64,000 bases of DNA from Candidatus Oxydemutatoraceae bacterium (GCA_965220085.1 CBDCOZ010000003.1:1728001-1792000); one strand, 5' to 3'. Shown: positions 9,245-20,026, counted from the first letter of the stretch. Made by a program: numbers and translations. The notes: a model not told the origin generated them from the sequence alone.

Positions 9245-9829
9245 CGCGCCGCCATGCTTGGGCGCCGAAGCGATGCGCGGGGGTATCGTCAGATTTTGCG
9301 AATGAGGCGGTTAAGGCGCGACTTGTGTCTGGCCGCCTTGTTCCTGTGCGGCAGGTTTTTGTTCACGGATGCGCGCCGCATCATCGGGAAAAGCGGCGAT
9401 GCGGTCAAGGAGTTGATGGGCGAGGCTTGCGAGCCGGAACTGATTCGCCGCGATAACCTCGCGCGCATCATCTAACGCGCCGCCATGCTTGGGCGCCGAA
9501 GCGATGCGCGGGGGTATCGTCAGATTTTGCGAATGAGGCGGTTAAGGCGCGACTTGTGTCTGGCCGCCTTGTTCCTGTGCGGCAGGTTTTTGTTCACGGA
9601 TGCGCGCCGCATCATCGGGAAAAGCGGCGATGCGGTCAAGGAGTTGATGGGCGAGGCTTGCGAGCCGGAACTGATTCGCCGCGATAACCTCGCGCGCATC
9701 ATCTAACGCGCCGCCATGCTTGGGCGCCGAAGCGATGCGCGGGGGTATCGTCAGATTTTGCGAATGAGGCGGTTAAGGCGCGACTTGTGTCTGGCCGCCT
9801 TGTTCCTGTGCAGCAGGTTTTTGTTCACG
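9137..9829. repeat. Tandem triplication, 231-bp unit = proB 3' end + intergenic + rpsT 3' end
   Basis: Units start at 9137, 9368 and 9599; only two variable sites seen. Confidence 0.96.
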
Positions 9830-10011
9830 CTTGAATCGAGCAACGGCGTCATCTCCTTGTAGGCTGCCACAGCCTGCTCTTTGTTTTCTTCCGCAACCGC
9901 TTTGATCACTTTCTTGATGTGCGTGCGCAGGCGCGCGCGCAGACGCATATTGTGCTCTCTGTTTCTGTTCGCCTGACGGGCGCGTTTTCGTGCCGAAGCT
10001 ATATTTGCCAT
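9751..10011 (-). CDS. rpsT: 30S ribosomal protein S20
   Basis: MANIASARKRARQ...HRNKAARHKSRL. Confidence 0.97.
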   Translation of the reverse strand: MANIASARKRARQANRNREHNMRLRARLRTHIKKVIKAVAEENKEQAVAAYKEMTPLLDSSVNKNLLHRNKAARHKSRLNRLIRKI

Positions 10012-10055
10012 TGTCGTATCCAAATGTAACGGGGCTCATGCCCCGAGCGACCGCC

Positions 10056-10084
10056 AGTATACGGGTTTGCCACAGGCGAGTCAA
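10056..10084 (-). promoter_or_regulatory. Sigma70 promoter for rpsT
   Basis: TTGACT-17 bp-TATACT on the minus strand. Confidence 0.75.
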
Positions 10085-10095
10085 TCACGGCGGGC

Positions 10096-11190
10096 TTATG
10101 TATTGAAACGAAAGCAGACAACATCGCCCTCCCGCACCAGATAATCCTTGCCTTCAAGATGCCATTTGCCCGCTTCGCGCGCCTGTTGCTCGCCGCCACA
10201 GGCGATATAGTCTTCGTAGGCGATGACCTCGGCGCGAATGAAACCTTTCTCAAAGTCGGTGTGAATCCGCCCCGCCGCTTGCGGTGCGGTGGCGCCTTGG
10301 GCAATGGTCCAGGCACGCGACTCTTTCGGGCCGGAAGTGAAAAAGGTCAGCAGGTCTAACAGGCGGTAACCTTCGCGAGTGATGACGCTCAGGCCGGATT
10401 CTTCAAGCCCGGCTTCGCGCAGAAATTCATCGCGTTCGGCGCTTTCCAAGCCGACCAATTCCGACTCAAAATGCGCGCAGACTTCGACCGCTACGATGCC
10501 GCGCTCGGCGGCATAGGCGCGCACGTTGACGCAGTGCGGATTGTCGTCGCCGTGACTGACTTCGTCGGTATTGGCGATGATCATCAGCGGCTTGGCGGTG
10601 ATCAAGCGCAACTCGCGCGCGCATTGGCGCATCGCATCGCTCGTTTCAATGTGCCGCGCCGCATCGCCCCGCGCGATGTGATCATGCAACGCTTCCAACA
10701 CCCCTTGCTTGACAATCTCTTCTTTGTTCCCCGACTTGGCGACTTTTTTGACCCGCTCCAGCGCGCGCTCTGTCGTTTCCAAATCGGCGAGCAGTAACTC
10801 CGTATCTATCGTTTCAATATCCGCCAACGGGTCGACCCGTCCGGCGACATGCGTTACGTCCTCGTTCTCAAAGCAACGCACGACGTGGGCTATCGCGTCG
10901 GTCTCGCGAATATGCGACAGAAACCTGTTGCCCAGACCTTCGCCTTTTGCGGCGCCGGCGACCAGTCCCGCGATATCAAAAAACTCAAGCGTTGTCGGAA
11001 TCACTTTTTTTGACGCGTTGATTGCGGCCAGTTTTGCAAGCCGATCATCGGGCACCGGCACGATGCCGACATTGGGATCGATCGTGCAGAAGGGATAGTT
11101 TTCAGCCGGAATGTCGGCATCCGTCAACGCGTTGAACAATGTGGACTTGCCGACATTCGGCAAGCCGATGACACCGCACTTAAACCCCAT
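10096..11190 (-). CDS. ychF: Ribosome-binding ATPase YchF
   Basis: MGFKCGVIGLPNVGKSTLFN, NYPFCTIDPN, DIAGLV, IHTDFEKGFIRAE. Confidence 0.97.
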   Translation of the reverse strand: MGFKCGVIGLPNVGKSTLFNALTDADIPAENYPFCTIDPNVGIVPVPDDRLAKLAAINASKKVIPTTLEFFDIAGLVAGAAKGEGLGNRFLSHIRETDAIAHVVRCFENEDVTHVAGRVDPLADIETIDTELLLADLETTERALERVKKVAKSGNKEEIVKQGVLEALHDHIARGDAARHIETSDAMRQCARELRLITAKPLMIIANTDEVSHGDDNPHCVNVRAYAAERGIVAVEVCAHFESELVGLESAERDEFLREAGLEESGLSVITREGYRLLDLLTFFTSGPKESRAWTIAQGATAPQAAGRIHTDFEKGFIRAEVIAYEDYIACGGEQQAREAGKWHLEGKDYLVREGDVVCFRFNT

Positions 11191-11776
11191 CTTCGCCCCC
11201 CTCTCTGTGCAAATCATTCATCGCCGCTTGAAATTCTCCGGCGCAGAGATAATCCAATTTTTCAATAGCGCGAAAGATCGCGCCGTTGATCAACTCGGCT
11301 TCTTGCGCGGGCGGGTCGGACAAGACATAGCCGACTACTCTGCTGCGCGCGCCCGGATGGCCGACACCGATACGCAAACGCCAGAAATCCGCGCCCAGAC
11401 ACCGCACGATGTCGGTCAAACCGTTGTGGCCGCCGGCGCCGCCGCCTTTTTTCAAACGTATTTTGGCCACTGCAAAATCGATCTCATCGTGTGCGACCAG
11501 CGCCCGCTGCGGCGGAATTTTGTAGTAATGGGCAAACTTTGCCAGCGGTTGCCCGCTTCTGTTCATGAACAAACCGGGCTTGAACAACCACAGCAAACCG
11601 GCCGCGGTCTCAATCCGGCAAGCATCGCCGTGAAATTTGCTTTGTGGCGCGAAGGCAACATTGTGTTGCCGCGCGAGATGATCGACTAACCGAAAGCCGA
11701 CATTGTGCCGGTTGTTGTCGTATTTTGCGCCGGGATTGCCGAGCCCCGCAATCAAACAAATACCGGTTTCAGACAT
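11180..11776 (-). CDS. pth: Peptidyl-tRNA hydrolase
   Basis: GLGNPG, RHNVGF, MNRSG, GGHNGL, RLRIGVG; start could be 11797. Confidence 0.95.
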   Translation of the reverse strand: MSETGICLIAGLGNPGAKYDNNRHNVGFRLVDHLARQHNVAFAPQSKFHGDACRIETAAGLLWLFKPGLFMNRSGQPLAKFAHYYKIPPQRALVAHDEIDFAVAKIRLKKGGGAGGHNGLTDIVRCLGADFWRLRIGVGHPGARSRVVGYVLSDPPAQEAELINGAIFRAIEKLDYLCAGEFQAAMNDLHREGGEDGV

Positions 11777-11797
11777 CCCGACCTTTGAGACAGGCAA

Positions 11798-12502
11798 TCA
11801 GGATTTTTTGCCGTCCTCAGACTCCGCTTTGGCCGCCTCATCGCCCGCTCCTTCGGCGCCCTCGCCTTCGCCTTCGCCTTCGCCGGCTTCGGCCTCGGCC
11901 TCATCTTCCCGCAACGCCACCTTCGGTTTGATGACGGCGACGATAGCGTGGTCGGACGCTCCGCCGTGCGTCAAAGCGACGATGGTCAGACCTTCGGGCA
12001 ACACGACATCGGACAGGTGCAGGGAATGGCCGAGCTCCAACCCGCTGATATCTATCTCAAGATACTCCGGCAGGTGTTTGGGCAGGCAGGAAATTTCCAC
12101 ATCTTTCTGCAGGTGGCTGACGATGCCGCCTTGCTGTTTGACGCCGATACACGTCTCTTCGTTGAGGAAGTGCAGCGGCACATTCACCGTGATCTCCCGA
12201 TCGGCGGTGACGCGGAAAAAATCCATATGCAGAATCTGCGGCTTGCTCGGGTGTCTTTGCAGGTCGCGCAGGATGACCATTTCCTCCTTGCCATCCACAT
12301 CCATCGTCAGGATGTGCGAATAAAAAGCCTCGTTCTCAAGGTGGTGCGATACCTCGTTGTGATCAAGAGACAGCGACACCGCTTCGCCGTTGCCGCCGTA
12401 AATAACCGCCGGCACCCGGCCCGACCGACGCATACGGCGGTTCTCGCCCTTGCCGGCTGCGGAGCGCAACTGCGCATTGATTGAAAATTCCTGCATAGTC
12501 AT
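11798..12502 (-). CDS. rplY: 50S ribosomal protein L25/Ctc
   Basis: GKGENRRMRRSGRVPAVIYG, QRHP, HMDF, acidic tail. Confidence 0.96.
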   Translation of the reverse strand: MTMQEFSINAQLRSAAGKGENRRMRRSGRVPAVIYGGNGEAVSLSLDHNEVSHHLENEAFYSHILTMDVDGKEEMVILRDLQRHPSKPQILHMDFFRVTADREITVNVPLHFLNEETCIGVKQQGGIVSHLQKDVEISCLPKHLPEYLEIDISGLELGHSLHLSDVVLPEGLTIVALTHGGASDHAIVAVIKPKVALREDEAEAEAGEGEGEGEGAEGAGDEAAKAESEDGKKS

Positions 12503-12675
12503 GTATACCCGAATTGAAGCGCGTAATGATACCCTATTGCGCGGATAATGTCATCATCGGCATACGGCGAGGACTCCGCTTGCGACCGCTTTCGGGCGCG
12601 CGAACTTGCCGGATATTCCGCGCGGATGCGCGCCGAATGCGGCGGGCAACGGACACCGCTGCCCGATTATCTGGG

Positions 12676-12764
12676 GCAAACCCCGCATAGGCGCGGGCAA
12701 AAGCCGGGTCGCAGTTGAAAACATAGCGCGGGTCGCGCAAACCCCGCATAGGCGCGGGCAAAAG
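12676..12764. repeat. 28-bp direct repeat, 61-bp period, between rplY and tRNA-Gln
   Basis: GCAAACCCCGCATAGGCGCGGGCAAAAG at 12676 and 12737. Confidence 0.85.
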
Positions 12765-12850
12765 ACAGGCGGGCTTGGAGCGCTCGGGTGTGCGATTGGG
12801 TGTGCGATCGGGGCAAATAAAGGCTATAATTCGGGCTCACTGGTAACTGG

Positions 12851-12925
12851 TGGGCCGTCGCCAAGTGGTAAGGCACCGGGTTTTGATCCCGACATTCGCA
12901 GGTTCGAATCCTGCCGGCCCAGCCA
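12851..12925 (+). tRNA. tRNA-Gln (anticodon TTG)
   Basis: Acceptor TGGGCCG/CGGCCCA, D-loop CCAAGTGGTAAGG, anticodon loop TTTTGAT, T-loop GGTTCGAATCC, encoded CCA; TATAAT at 12825-12830. Confidence 0.96.
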
Positions 12926-12932
12926 ACAGACA

Positions 12933-13901
12933 ATGAAATCGGAACAACCTGAAAACACATCACTGGCTGTCTTTACCGGCAACGCGAATCGGACGCTTGC
13001 GCAAAAGGTCAGCGACGCGATGGGTGTCCCTCTCGGCAACGCAACGGTCGATCAATTCAGCGACGGCGAAGCGCGCGTTGAGATTCTTGAAAACGTACGC
13101 GGCAAAGATGTCTTTATCATCCAACCGACATGTATGCCGGTGAATGACCACCTGATGGAGTTAATCGTCATGATTGACGCCCTGCACCGCTCCTCCGCCG
13201 GACGTCTCACCGCGGTCATTCCGTACTTCGGCTACGCCCGTCAAGACCGCCGCGCCTACTACGCGCGGGTGCCCATATCGGCAAAAGTGGTCGCCAATGT
13301 GTTGCGTAGCGCACAGACCGACAGGATACTGACGGTGGATCTGCACGCCGACCAGATTCAGGGCTTCTTTGATCTGCCGGTCGACAACATCTATGCCTCG
13401 CCGGCGTTGCTTGAGGACATCAAAGAACAGGCCCACCCGAATATGATCATCGTCTCGCCGGATGTCGGCGGCGTGGTCAGGGCGCGAGCGATTGCCCGCC
13501 GCCTGGACAATGCCGACTTGGCGATCATAGACAAACGCCGTCCGCAACCGAATAAGAACGAGGTGATGAATATCATCGGCGATGTGGATAACAAATCCTG
13601 CGTCATCATCGACGACATCGTCGATACCGCCGGCACCTTGTGCGAAGCGGCGCGCGCGCTCAAACAGCGCAATGCCACGAAAGTCATCGCCTATGCGACC
13701 CATCCGGTGCTGTCCGGCGAAGCCATCGCGCGCATAAACGATTCGCAACTGGACGAACTGGTCGTAAGCGATACGATTCCGCTGTCGGCGGCGGGCGAAG
13801 GATGCGAACGCATACGGGTTGTCAGCATCGCAACGATGCTCGCGCGCACCATCCGACATATCAATCGAGAACAGTCCATCAGCGGGCTGTTCAATATATA
13901 G
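12933..13901 (+). CDS. prs: Ribose-phosphate pyrophosphokinase
   Basis: [41 protein letters not shown]. Confidence 0.97.
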   Translation: MKSEQPENTSLAVFTGNANRTLAQKVSDAMGVPLGNATVDQFSDGEARVEILENVRGKDVFIIQPTCMPVNDHLMELIVMIDALHRSSAGRLTAVIPYFGYARQDRRAYYARVPISAKVVANVLRSAQTDRILTVDLHADQIQGFFDLPVDNIYASPALLEDIKEQAHPNMIIVSPDVGGVVRARAIARRLDNADLAIIDKRRPQPNKNEVMNIIGDVDNKSCVIIDDIVDTAGTLCEAARALKQRNATKVIAYATHPVLSGEAIARINDSQLDELVVSDTIPLSAAGEGCERIRVVSIATMLARTIRHINREQSISGLFNI

Positions 13902-13917
13902 ACGGCTCTTCGCCGGC

Positions 13918-14384
13918 GGCGGGGGGCGCGGTCAGAGCGACCTGTAACGGAGACGCTCGCAAGCCTTTGGCGACAAAGCCATGCAGATTATCCGGCGCTT
14001 GGGCAAGTGCCTGACGCGCCTGCTGCGCGTCATCAAACCAAGCAAAAAATGCGCCGCCGGTACCGCTCAGGCGGGGAGCGCGGCCAGAGCGAGATGTAAC
14101 GGAGACGCTCGCAAGCCTTTGGCGACAAAGCCATGCAGATTAGCCGGCGCTTGGGCAAGCGCCTGACGCGCCTGTTGCGCGTCATCAAACCAAGCAAAAA
14201 ATGCGCCGCCGGTACCGCTCAGGCGGGGAGCGCGGCCAGAGCGAGATGTAACGGAGACGCTCGCAAGCCTTTGGCGACAAAGCCATGCAGATTAGCCGGC
14301 GCTTGGGCAAGCGCCTGACGCGCCTGCCGTGCGTCATCAAACCAAGCAAAAAATGCGCCGCCGGTACCGCTCAGGCGGGGAGCG
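13918..14384. repeat. Tandem triplication, 152-bp unit, of the ispE 3' end
   Basis: GTAACGGAGACGCTCGC at 13944, 14096 and 14248; copies differ by several SNPs. Confidence 0.95.
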
Positions 14385-15109
14385 GCGTAACCGGCAAGCC
14401 ACGCCATGCCGGCGGCGATTTCCGCGCAACGCGCGCTTGCAAGCGCTTGAAAAGCATTCGCGCCGTCGCCGATACGATAGTCGGCGGGGGTCATGCGCGG
14501 ATAATCGCGGCGCAACTCCGGAGCGCCGAACATGGCCGATGTCGATAGCGATATCGGAGGCACAAAAACCGCAAAATACCGCGGCGGCAAATCCATCGCG
14601 ACCAAGCGCTCGCCGATACCTTCCGCCCACGCGCTGCGGCCTTTGACGAAGACCGGCACATCGGCGCCGAGCCCGGCGCCAAGCCGCAGCAAATCGGCCT
14701 CGCTGCAACCCGTCCGCCACAGGCGATTGAGACCGTGCAATACCGTCGCCGCATCTGAGCTGCCGCCGCCCAAGCCGGCGCCGACCGGTATCCGTTTGCG
14801 CAATGTAATATCGGCGCCGCAAGCGCTGTCGCCATGGCGCTCGCGCAATGACAAGGCCGCGCGTAACGCGATATTGTCCGCAATGTCTTCGTTGCAACGA
14901 AGGTTGAGCTCTCCGTCGTCGCGAGCGCAGAGCGCTACCTCATCGCCATAGTCCAGCAACTGGAAGACGGTCTGCAACTCGTGCATGCCATCGGCGCGAC
15001 GGCCGGTAATGTGGAGGAATAAATTGACCTTCGCGGGGGCGGGCAAAACCAATAGCTCTCCGCTAAACGGACGGCGGGCGGAGGTTTTAACAGCATCATC
15101 CATATCCAA
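14219..15109 (-). CDS. ispE: 4-diphosphocytidyl-2-C-methyl-D-erythritol kinase
   Basis: PAPAKVNLFL, IPVGAGLGGGSSDAA, LGADVP, LSGTG. Confidence 0.96.
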   Translation of the reverse strand: MDMDDAVKTSARRPFSGELLVLPAPAKVNLFLHITGRRADGMHELQTVFQLLDYGDEVALCARDDGELNLRCNEDIADNIALRAALSLRERHGDSACGADITLRKRIPVGAGLGGGSSDAATVLHGLNRLWRTGCSEADLLRLGAGLGADVPVFVKGRSAWAEGIGERLVAMDLPPRYFAVFVPPISLSTSAMFGAPELRRDYPRMTPADYRIGDGANAFQALASARCAEIAAGMAWLAGYAAPRLSGTGGAFFAWFDDARQARQALAQAPANLHGFVAKGLRASPLHLALAALPA

Positions 15110-15111
15110 TG

Positions 15112-15765
15112 CTACAGAACTTGGCGATTGCGAGCCACCCGCGGTTGCAGATTGACCGTCGCGCGCATATCGCCGGATGTCATCTCAAGCCGCTTGACAT
15201 AGGGCGGGCTTGCGCTGTCCGCCTCGTCGGCGCGATACCGCACCTGCCACCCTTGTTGCCGAAAAGACACCAATCTGTCGCCTTCCCGACGGGCGGCGCG
15301 ATAGGCGCTGTGCGGCGACGGGACGCCGAGAACCCAATATCTCAGGTGTTCAACGGGCAACTCAAACCCCAGCAACTGTTCGACCATCTGCCGCGCCGTC
15401 GCGGTACGATAACGGTTGCCGCGCGCATCCATAGCGGTCGTCTCGCCGTCCGCTTGGGTATCGATGACCGCCAGAGTCATACCGCTAACGCTCGCTATGC
15501 GCAGTTGATAGCGATCCGGCCGCTGGCGCCAGACAAATTTGATGCGCGCTTCGTGCTGTCGGTAATGCGCGATCACTTCGCCGCGGAGGTTCCAGTCGCG
15601 GGCCAGTTCGGCGCGCATTTGCAAAGCGGAAACAAAAGGCTCCGATGCGATCTGTGACGACTCATCCGGCAGCGGCAATGTGGCGCAACCGGAGCACACA
15701 AAACAGGCAAAACAACTTAGCGCGACTGGCCGGCAAACATGCATTGCAAAAGGTCGCAAAGTCAT
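15112..15765 (-). CDS. lolB: Outer-membrane lipoprotein insertase LolB
   Basis: Lipobox-like CSGC, LGFELPVEHLRYWVLG, QQGWQVRY; located between TPR gene and ispE. Confidence 0.85.
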   Translation of the reverse strand: MTLRPFAMHVCRPVALSCFACFVCSGCATLPLPDESSQIASEPFVSALQMRAELARDWNLRGEVIAHYRQHEARIKFVWRQRPDRYQLRIASVSGMTLAVIDTQADGETTAMDARGNRYRTATARQMVEQLLGFELPVEHLRYWVLGVPSPHSAYRAARREGDRLVSFRQQGWQVRYRADEADSASPPYVKRLEMTSGDMRATVNLQPRVARNRQVL

Positions 15766-17483
15766 TTGACCTTGAGTTCGTACAACTTTTGCAAGTATTC
15801 GTTATCGGGAAACTTGTCCAGACCGCGCCTGATGACGGCAAACGCTTCGGCTTCTCTTTGTTGCGACCAAAATACTTCGGCGAGGTGCCCCAGTATCTCG
15901 GGTTGCAGGCGCATATCGGCGGCTTGCCGGATGTACTTCTCGGCCGCCGGCAGATTATGCAACCGGAATTCCACCCAACCGACACTGTCCAGTATCGCCG
16001 AACTGTCGGGCTGCAATTCGTAAGCCCGCAAAATATATTCTTTGGCCTCCTGTAGTTTGATATTGGTGTCCGCCAGCAAGTAGCCCAAGGCATTGAGTGC
16101 GCGCCAATTGGAGGGATCGCTCTTGATCAGTTGTTTGAGGTCTCTTTCCGCCAGATCGATACGCCCCGCATCGTGGGCAAACAACGCTCTTGAATACAGC
16201 AAGTTGGGGTCGTTCGGATATTCCCGCAACGCCCGCGCATACACATTGAAAACCATGCTCTGCGCGGCAAAGTCTTTCAGTATCCCCGCTTGCGCGATAA
16301 ACAAAGCGACGCGTTCGCGCTCGGTGCGCAGTTGCGCGCGCGCGCTGTCAAACTCCAAATCGACCAGATCCGACCGCCCCATCTTGCCATGCACGCGCGC
16401 AATTCCCGTCCGCGCCTCGCCGAACATCGCGCCCTGACCGATGCTCTGATAACGCGCCTGCGCCCGCGCATAATGCCCCTCATCCTCATCGACACGACCG
16501 AGGTAATAGGTCGCGCGCTCGGACTCGGCAACATCGCCCCTTGCTTGGGCCATCCGCAACAGGCGATCAAAAAAGGAACGCGCGGTATCAAATTCCTCCC
16601 GCCGCAAGTTCAATACTCCCAATGCGTAAATACTCTCCGGCTCCGTATCATCCATGGCGTGCGCCTTGCGATACAACTCCAGCGCCAACTGCGCGCGGTC
16701 ATAAAGAAAATAAGCGCGCGCAGTTTTCAGAAGCAGTTCGTAGTGGCCGGGGTTCAGCGCCGATTGCGCATGCAACGTACTCAAACCCGCTTCGACCCGA
16801 TCCAGACCGAACAAGGCATCGGCCATCGCCGCATAGGCCTTGGCGAAGGAGGGGTCGCGCGATATGGCATATTGCGCCGCTTCCAACGCAAGCCGGTATT
16901 CGCCGGCGTGAAAAGCCACCATGGAGCGAACCAGATGCAGGCGCGTATTGTCCGGCTCTGTCTCAAGCAACTTGTCAAGGGCTGTCGCGCCGTTCGGCGC
17001 GATGCCGAAATGCGCCGCTTCCGACGGTCGCGCCTCGCTCTGGCGGAAAATATTGTCATTGTTGTCGACCGAGAACTCAATATGCGGAATCAGTTTTTCG
17101 TGCTCGGCGAGCTCCAGATAGATGACGATCATCATCTGATGCAATGTCGTGTTATCGGGATCGACGCGGTGCCATTGCTCGCCGACCGCCGCGGCTTGCG
17201 GGTAATCGCCGTTGTGCAACGCGAGTGTGATCGCGGCGGCGAACACCTCCGAGTCGCCGGAGAGCTCGGCGGCTTTTTGATAGTGCTTAAAAGCGCTTTC
17301 AAAATCCGCTTCCTTGAAAGCCAACTCGCCGGCCAGAATCTCATAGATCTGCCCGGACAATGCGCGCGTCTCGGGCGCTGCGCTGTGCGAGCGCATCGCG
17401 GCGCAACCGCCGAGCAAAACCGATACCAATATCGGCAATAAAATTCTGTTCAAATGACTGTTCATCTTTCTGTCTATCAACAA
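15762..17483 (-). CDS. TPR-repeat lipoprotein
   Basis: Lipobox LGGC, ALNALGYLLAD, AILDSVGWV; conserved hemA/lolB context. Confidence 0.88.
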   Translation of the reverse strand: MLIDRKMNSHLNRILLPILVSVLLGGCAAMRSHSAAPETRALSGQIYEILAGELAFKEADFESAFKHYQKAAELSGDSEVFAAAITLALHNGDYPQAAAVGEQWHRVDPDNTTLHQMMIVIYLELAEHEKLIPHIEFSVDNNDNIFRQSEARPSEAAHFGIAPNGATALDKLLETEPDNTRLHLVRSMVAFHAGEYRLALEAAQYAISRDPSFAKAYAAMADALFGLDRVEAGLSTLHAQSALNPGHYELLLKTARAYFLYDRAQLALELYRKAHAMDDTEPESIYALGVLNLRREEFDTARSFFDRLLRMAQARGDVAESERATYYLGRVDEDEGHYARAQARYQSIGQGAMFGEARTGIARVHGKMGRSDLVDLEFDSARAQLRTERERVALFIAQAGILKDFAAQSMVFNVYARALREYPNDPNLLYSRALFAHDAGRIDLAERDLKQLIKSDPSNWRALNALGYLLADTNIKLQEAKEYILRAYELQPDSSAILDSVGWVEFRLHNLPAAEKYIRQAADMRLQPEILGHLAEVFWSQQREAEAFAVIRRGLDKFPDNEYLQKLYELKVK

Positions 17484-17672
17484 CCGATAATCCGCAACAA
17501 ACTGCGCCCTAGTCTATTATATTACGCTTATCTGTTAGACTATCCGCCTACATTTGTTTGAGATGATGCTTTTTTCCACATATTAGCTATCCGCAAAACA
17601 ACGGTGTCGGCGATACAACGACACAGACGTCCCGCCCGCAGGCGGATTTCTTATCTTACATGACTCAAAACT

Positions 17673-18935
17673 ATGGAACCCATCAGTGTCGGATTAAGTC
17701 ACCATACTTCCCCGCTGGAAGTGCGTGAGAAAACAGCAGTGGAAGCGAGCGCTCTGCATGACGCGCTCACGGATCTGCGCGCCCGCGCCGGGCTTGACGA
17801 AGCGGTAATCCTATCCACCTGTAACCGCTTTGAGATATTTTCCTTCGGCGCCGGCGATAAGCGACAGGCGATCAAAGAATGGGTGCGGCGGCGATTCAAA
17901 ATCACAAACGACGAAGCGGACAAATACTGGCGCGAGTCGCGCGGCGACAGCGTGACCCATCGCCTGACGCGCATCGCGTGCGGTCTGGACTCGGTTATCA
18001 TCGGCGAACCGCAAATTCTGGGGCAGATCAAATCGGCTTACCGGATTGCGCGCGACAATCAGCACACGCAGACCGTCATCAACCGTCTGTTTGAGCACGC
18101 CATCTCCGTCGCCAAAGAAGTGCGCTCGACCACCGCGCTCGGCAAGCATCCGATATCGTATGCGTCCATCACGCTGGACATTTCAAAGAGATTGTTTGAA
18201 AACCTCGCCGAAAAGCAGGCGCTGATCATCGGGGTCGGCGAAATGACCGAACTGGCGGCGCGCTACTGCAAGGAACACGATGTCGGAGCCCTGACCATCG
18301 CGAACCGGACGCCGAAGAATGCCGCAGACCTCGCCGCCGAAGTCGGCGCCGAGATCGCCGATCTTGCAAACATTGAGGATATCCTGCACCGTTACGACAT
18401 CATCATCAGTTGCACCGCAAGTCCCGCGCATATACTCGATCATTCGATGGTCGCAAGCGCGCTAAAAAAGCGCAAGGGAAGGCCCGTTCACATTTCCGAT
18501 CTCGCGCTGCCGCGCGACATTGATCCGCGGGTGGCCGAACTGGAAGGCGTCTATCTGTATACTCTGGATAACCTCGCAAAAATGATCAGCGACAATCAGA
18601 AAAAGAGGATGACGGCAGGCAAAGAAGCCGAAGTCATCATCGACCGTCGCGTTGCGGAATTCGTCAAATGGCTCAACGCCCGCGATGCGATACCGCTGAT
18701 AACACACTACCGCAGTAGCGCCGAACAGCAGTGTCAGCAGGCCTTGCTACGGGCCCTGACAAAACTGCGGCAGGGGCAGGATGCGGAAACCGTCATGCGC
18801 GAACTGACGCGCGGCATCGGCAAGCGCTTGATGCACCCTGCTACCGAGATCATAGCGGCGGCCGGGGCGACGGGCAACCGCGAACTGCTCAAGGAAATAG
18901 AAGCCGCCCTCGCACAAAACGATGCGCAACCATGA
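17673..18935 (+). CDS. hemA: Glutamyl-tRNA reductase
   Basis: [33 protein letters not shown]. Confidence 0.96.
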   Translation: MEPISVGLSHHTSPLEVREKTAVEASALHDALTDLRARAGLDEAVILSTCNRFEIFSFGAGDKRQAIKEWVRRRFKITNDEADKYWRESRGDSVTHRLTRIACGLDSVIIGEPQILGQIKSAYRIARDNQHTQTVINRLFEHAISVAKEVRSTTALGKHPISYASITLDISKRLFENLAEKQALIIGVGEMTELAARYCKEHDVGALTIANRTPKNAADLAAEVGAEIADLANIEDILHRYDIIISCTASPAHILDHSMVASALKKRKGRPVHISDLALPRDIDPRVAELEGVYLYTLDNLAKMISDNQKKRMTAGKEAEVIIDRRVAEFVKWLNARDAIPLITHYRSSAEQQCQQALLRALTKLRQGQDAETVMRELTRGIGKRLMHPATEIIAAAGATGNRELLKEIEAALAQNDAQP

Positions 18936-20026
18936 AACATTCCGTCATTGAAAAATTGTCCGCCTTGCAGAATCGCCACGCCGAAGTATCCGCGCTCTTG
19001 TCGCAGCCCGGGGTGACCGATGATCTGGAGAACTACCGCAAACTGAGCCGCGAACACGCGCACTTGTATCCGATAGCGCGCTGCCTTGAGAAATATCTGC
19101 AAGCGGCATCGAGCCTTGAGCAGGCAAAAGAGATAGCGGCGGGCGATGACAAGGAACTCAAACCGATTGCGCAAGAAGAAATCCCGATGTTGAACGAACA
19201 GATTGCGGCGCTGGAAGCGGAATTGAGAGAGTTGATGATACCCAAAGACCGCCACGACCACAGCAGTGTGTTTCTGGAAATACGCGCCGGTACCGGCGGC
19301 GACGAAGCGGCGCTCTTCGCCGGCGACTTGCTCAGGATGTACTGCCGCTATGCCGAAGAAAACCAATCGTGGAAAACGGAGGTCATCAGCTCAAAAGAAG
19401 GCGAGCACGGCGGGTTCAAAGAGATCATCATCAAGATCAGCGGAGAAAATGTCTGGGCGCGGCTTAAATTTGAATCGGGCGGGCACCGGGTACAGCGGGT
19501 GCCGGAAACCGAGTCACAAGGACGGGTTCACACCTCCGCCGCCACCGTCGCCGTGCTGCCCGAGGCCGATGAAATAAATCACGTAGAGACAGACCCGAAC
19601 GATTTGCGCATCGATACCTTCCGCGCATCGGGAGCCGGCGGGCAGCACGTCAACAAAACCGACTCCGCGATTCGCATCACGCATATTCCGAGCGGTCTCG
19701 TCGTCGAGTGCCAAGACGAACGTTCCCAGCACCGCAATAAGAACCGCGCGATGGCATTATTATCCGCGCGCCTGCTCGACATAGAGCGCAGGCGGCAAGA
19801 GCGCGAGCAATCCGAGAACCGGCGCAACCTGATCGGCAGCGGCGACCGTTCGCAGAAAATCCGCACCTACAATTTCTCACAGGGGCGGGTGACAGACCAC
19901 CGTATCAACTTAACGCTATACAAATTGCCGCAGATACTGGAAGGCGATCTGGACCCCTTGATAGACAATCTGATCAACGAGCATCGCGCCGACCTGCTGG
20001 CGGCGGTCGAAGCCGAAGGCATATGA
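18932..20026 (+). CDS. prfA: Peptide chain release factor 1
   Basis: [14 protein letters not shown] motif (VPETES), GGQ; ATGA overlap with hemA. Confidence 0.97.
   Translation: MKHSVIEKLSALQNRHAEVSALLSQPGVTDDLENYRKLSREHAHLYPIARCLEKYLQAASSLEQAKEIAAGDDKELKPIAQEEIPMLNEQIAALEAELRELMIPKDRHDHSSVFLEIRAGTGGDEAALFAGDLLRMYCRYAEENQSWKTEVISSKEGEHGGFKEIIIKISGENVWARLKFESGGHRVQRVPETESQGRVHTSAATVAVLPEADEINHVETDPNDLRIDTFRASGAGGQHVNKTDSAIRITHIPSGLVVECQDERSQHRNKNRAMALLSARLLDIERRRQEREQSENRRNLIGSGDRSQKIRTYNFSQGRVTDHRINLTLYKLPQILEGDLDPLIDNLINEHRADLLAAVEAEGI

Noticed and set aside
9137-9829. DGR template/variable repeat suggested by A->G differences
   Set aside because: Only two changes, shared between copies; no reverse transcriptase or avd in the window; the targets are housekeeping genes.
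12851-12925. tRNA-Gln as an integration site for a genomic island
   Set aside because: No integrase and no duplicated tRNA 3' end is seen in the window.
12606-12932. N-terminal extension of prs in the ORF track (similar extensions for prfA from 18731, gatB to 22536, MTase from 5094, QC to 33051)
   Set aside because: The extensions run through a tRNA, neighbouring genes or repeats; family homology begins at the downstream starts.
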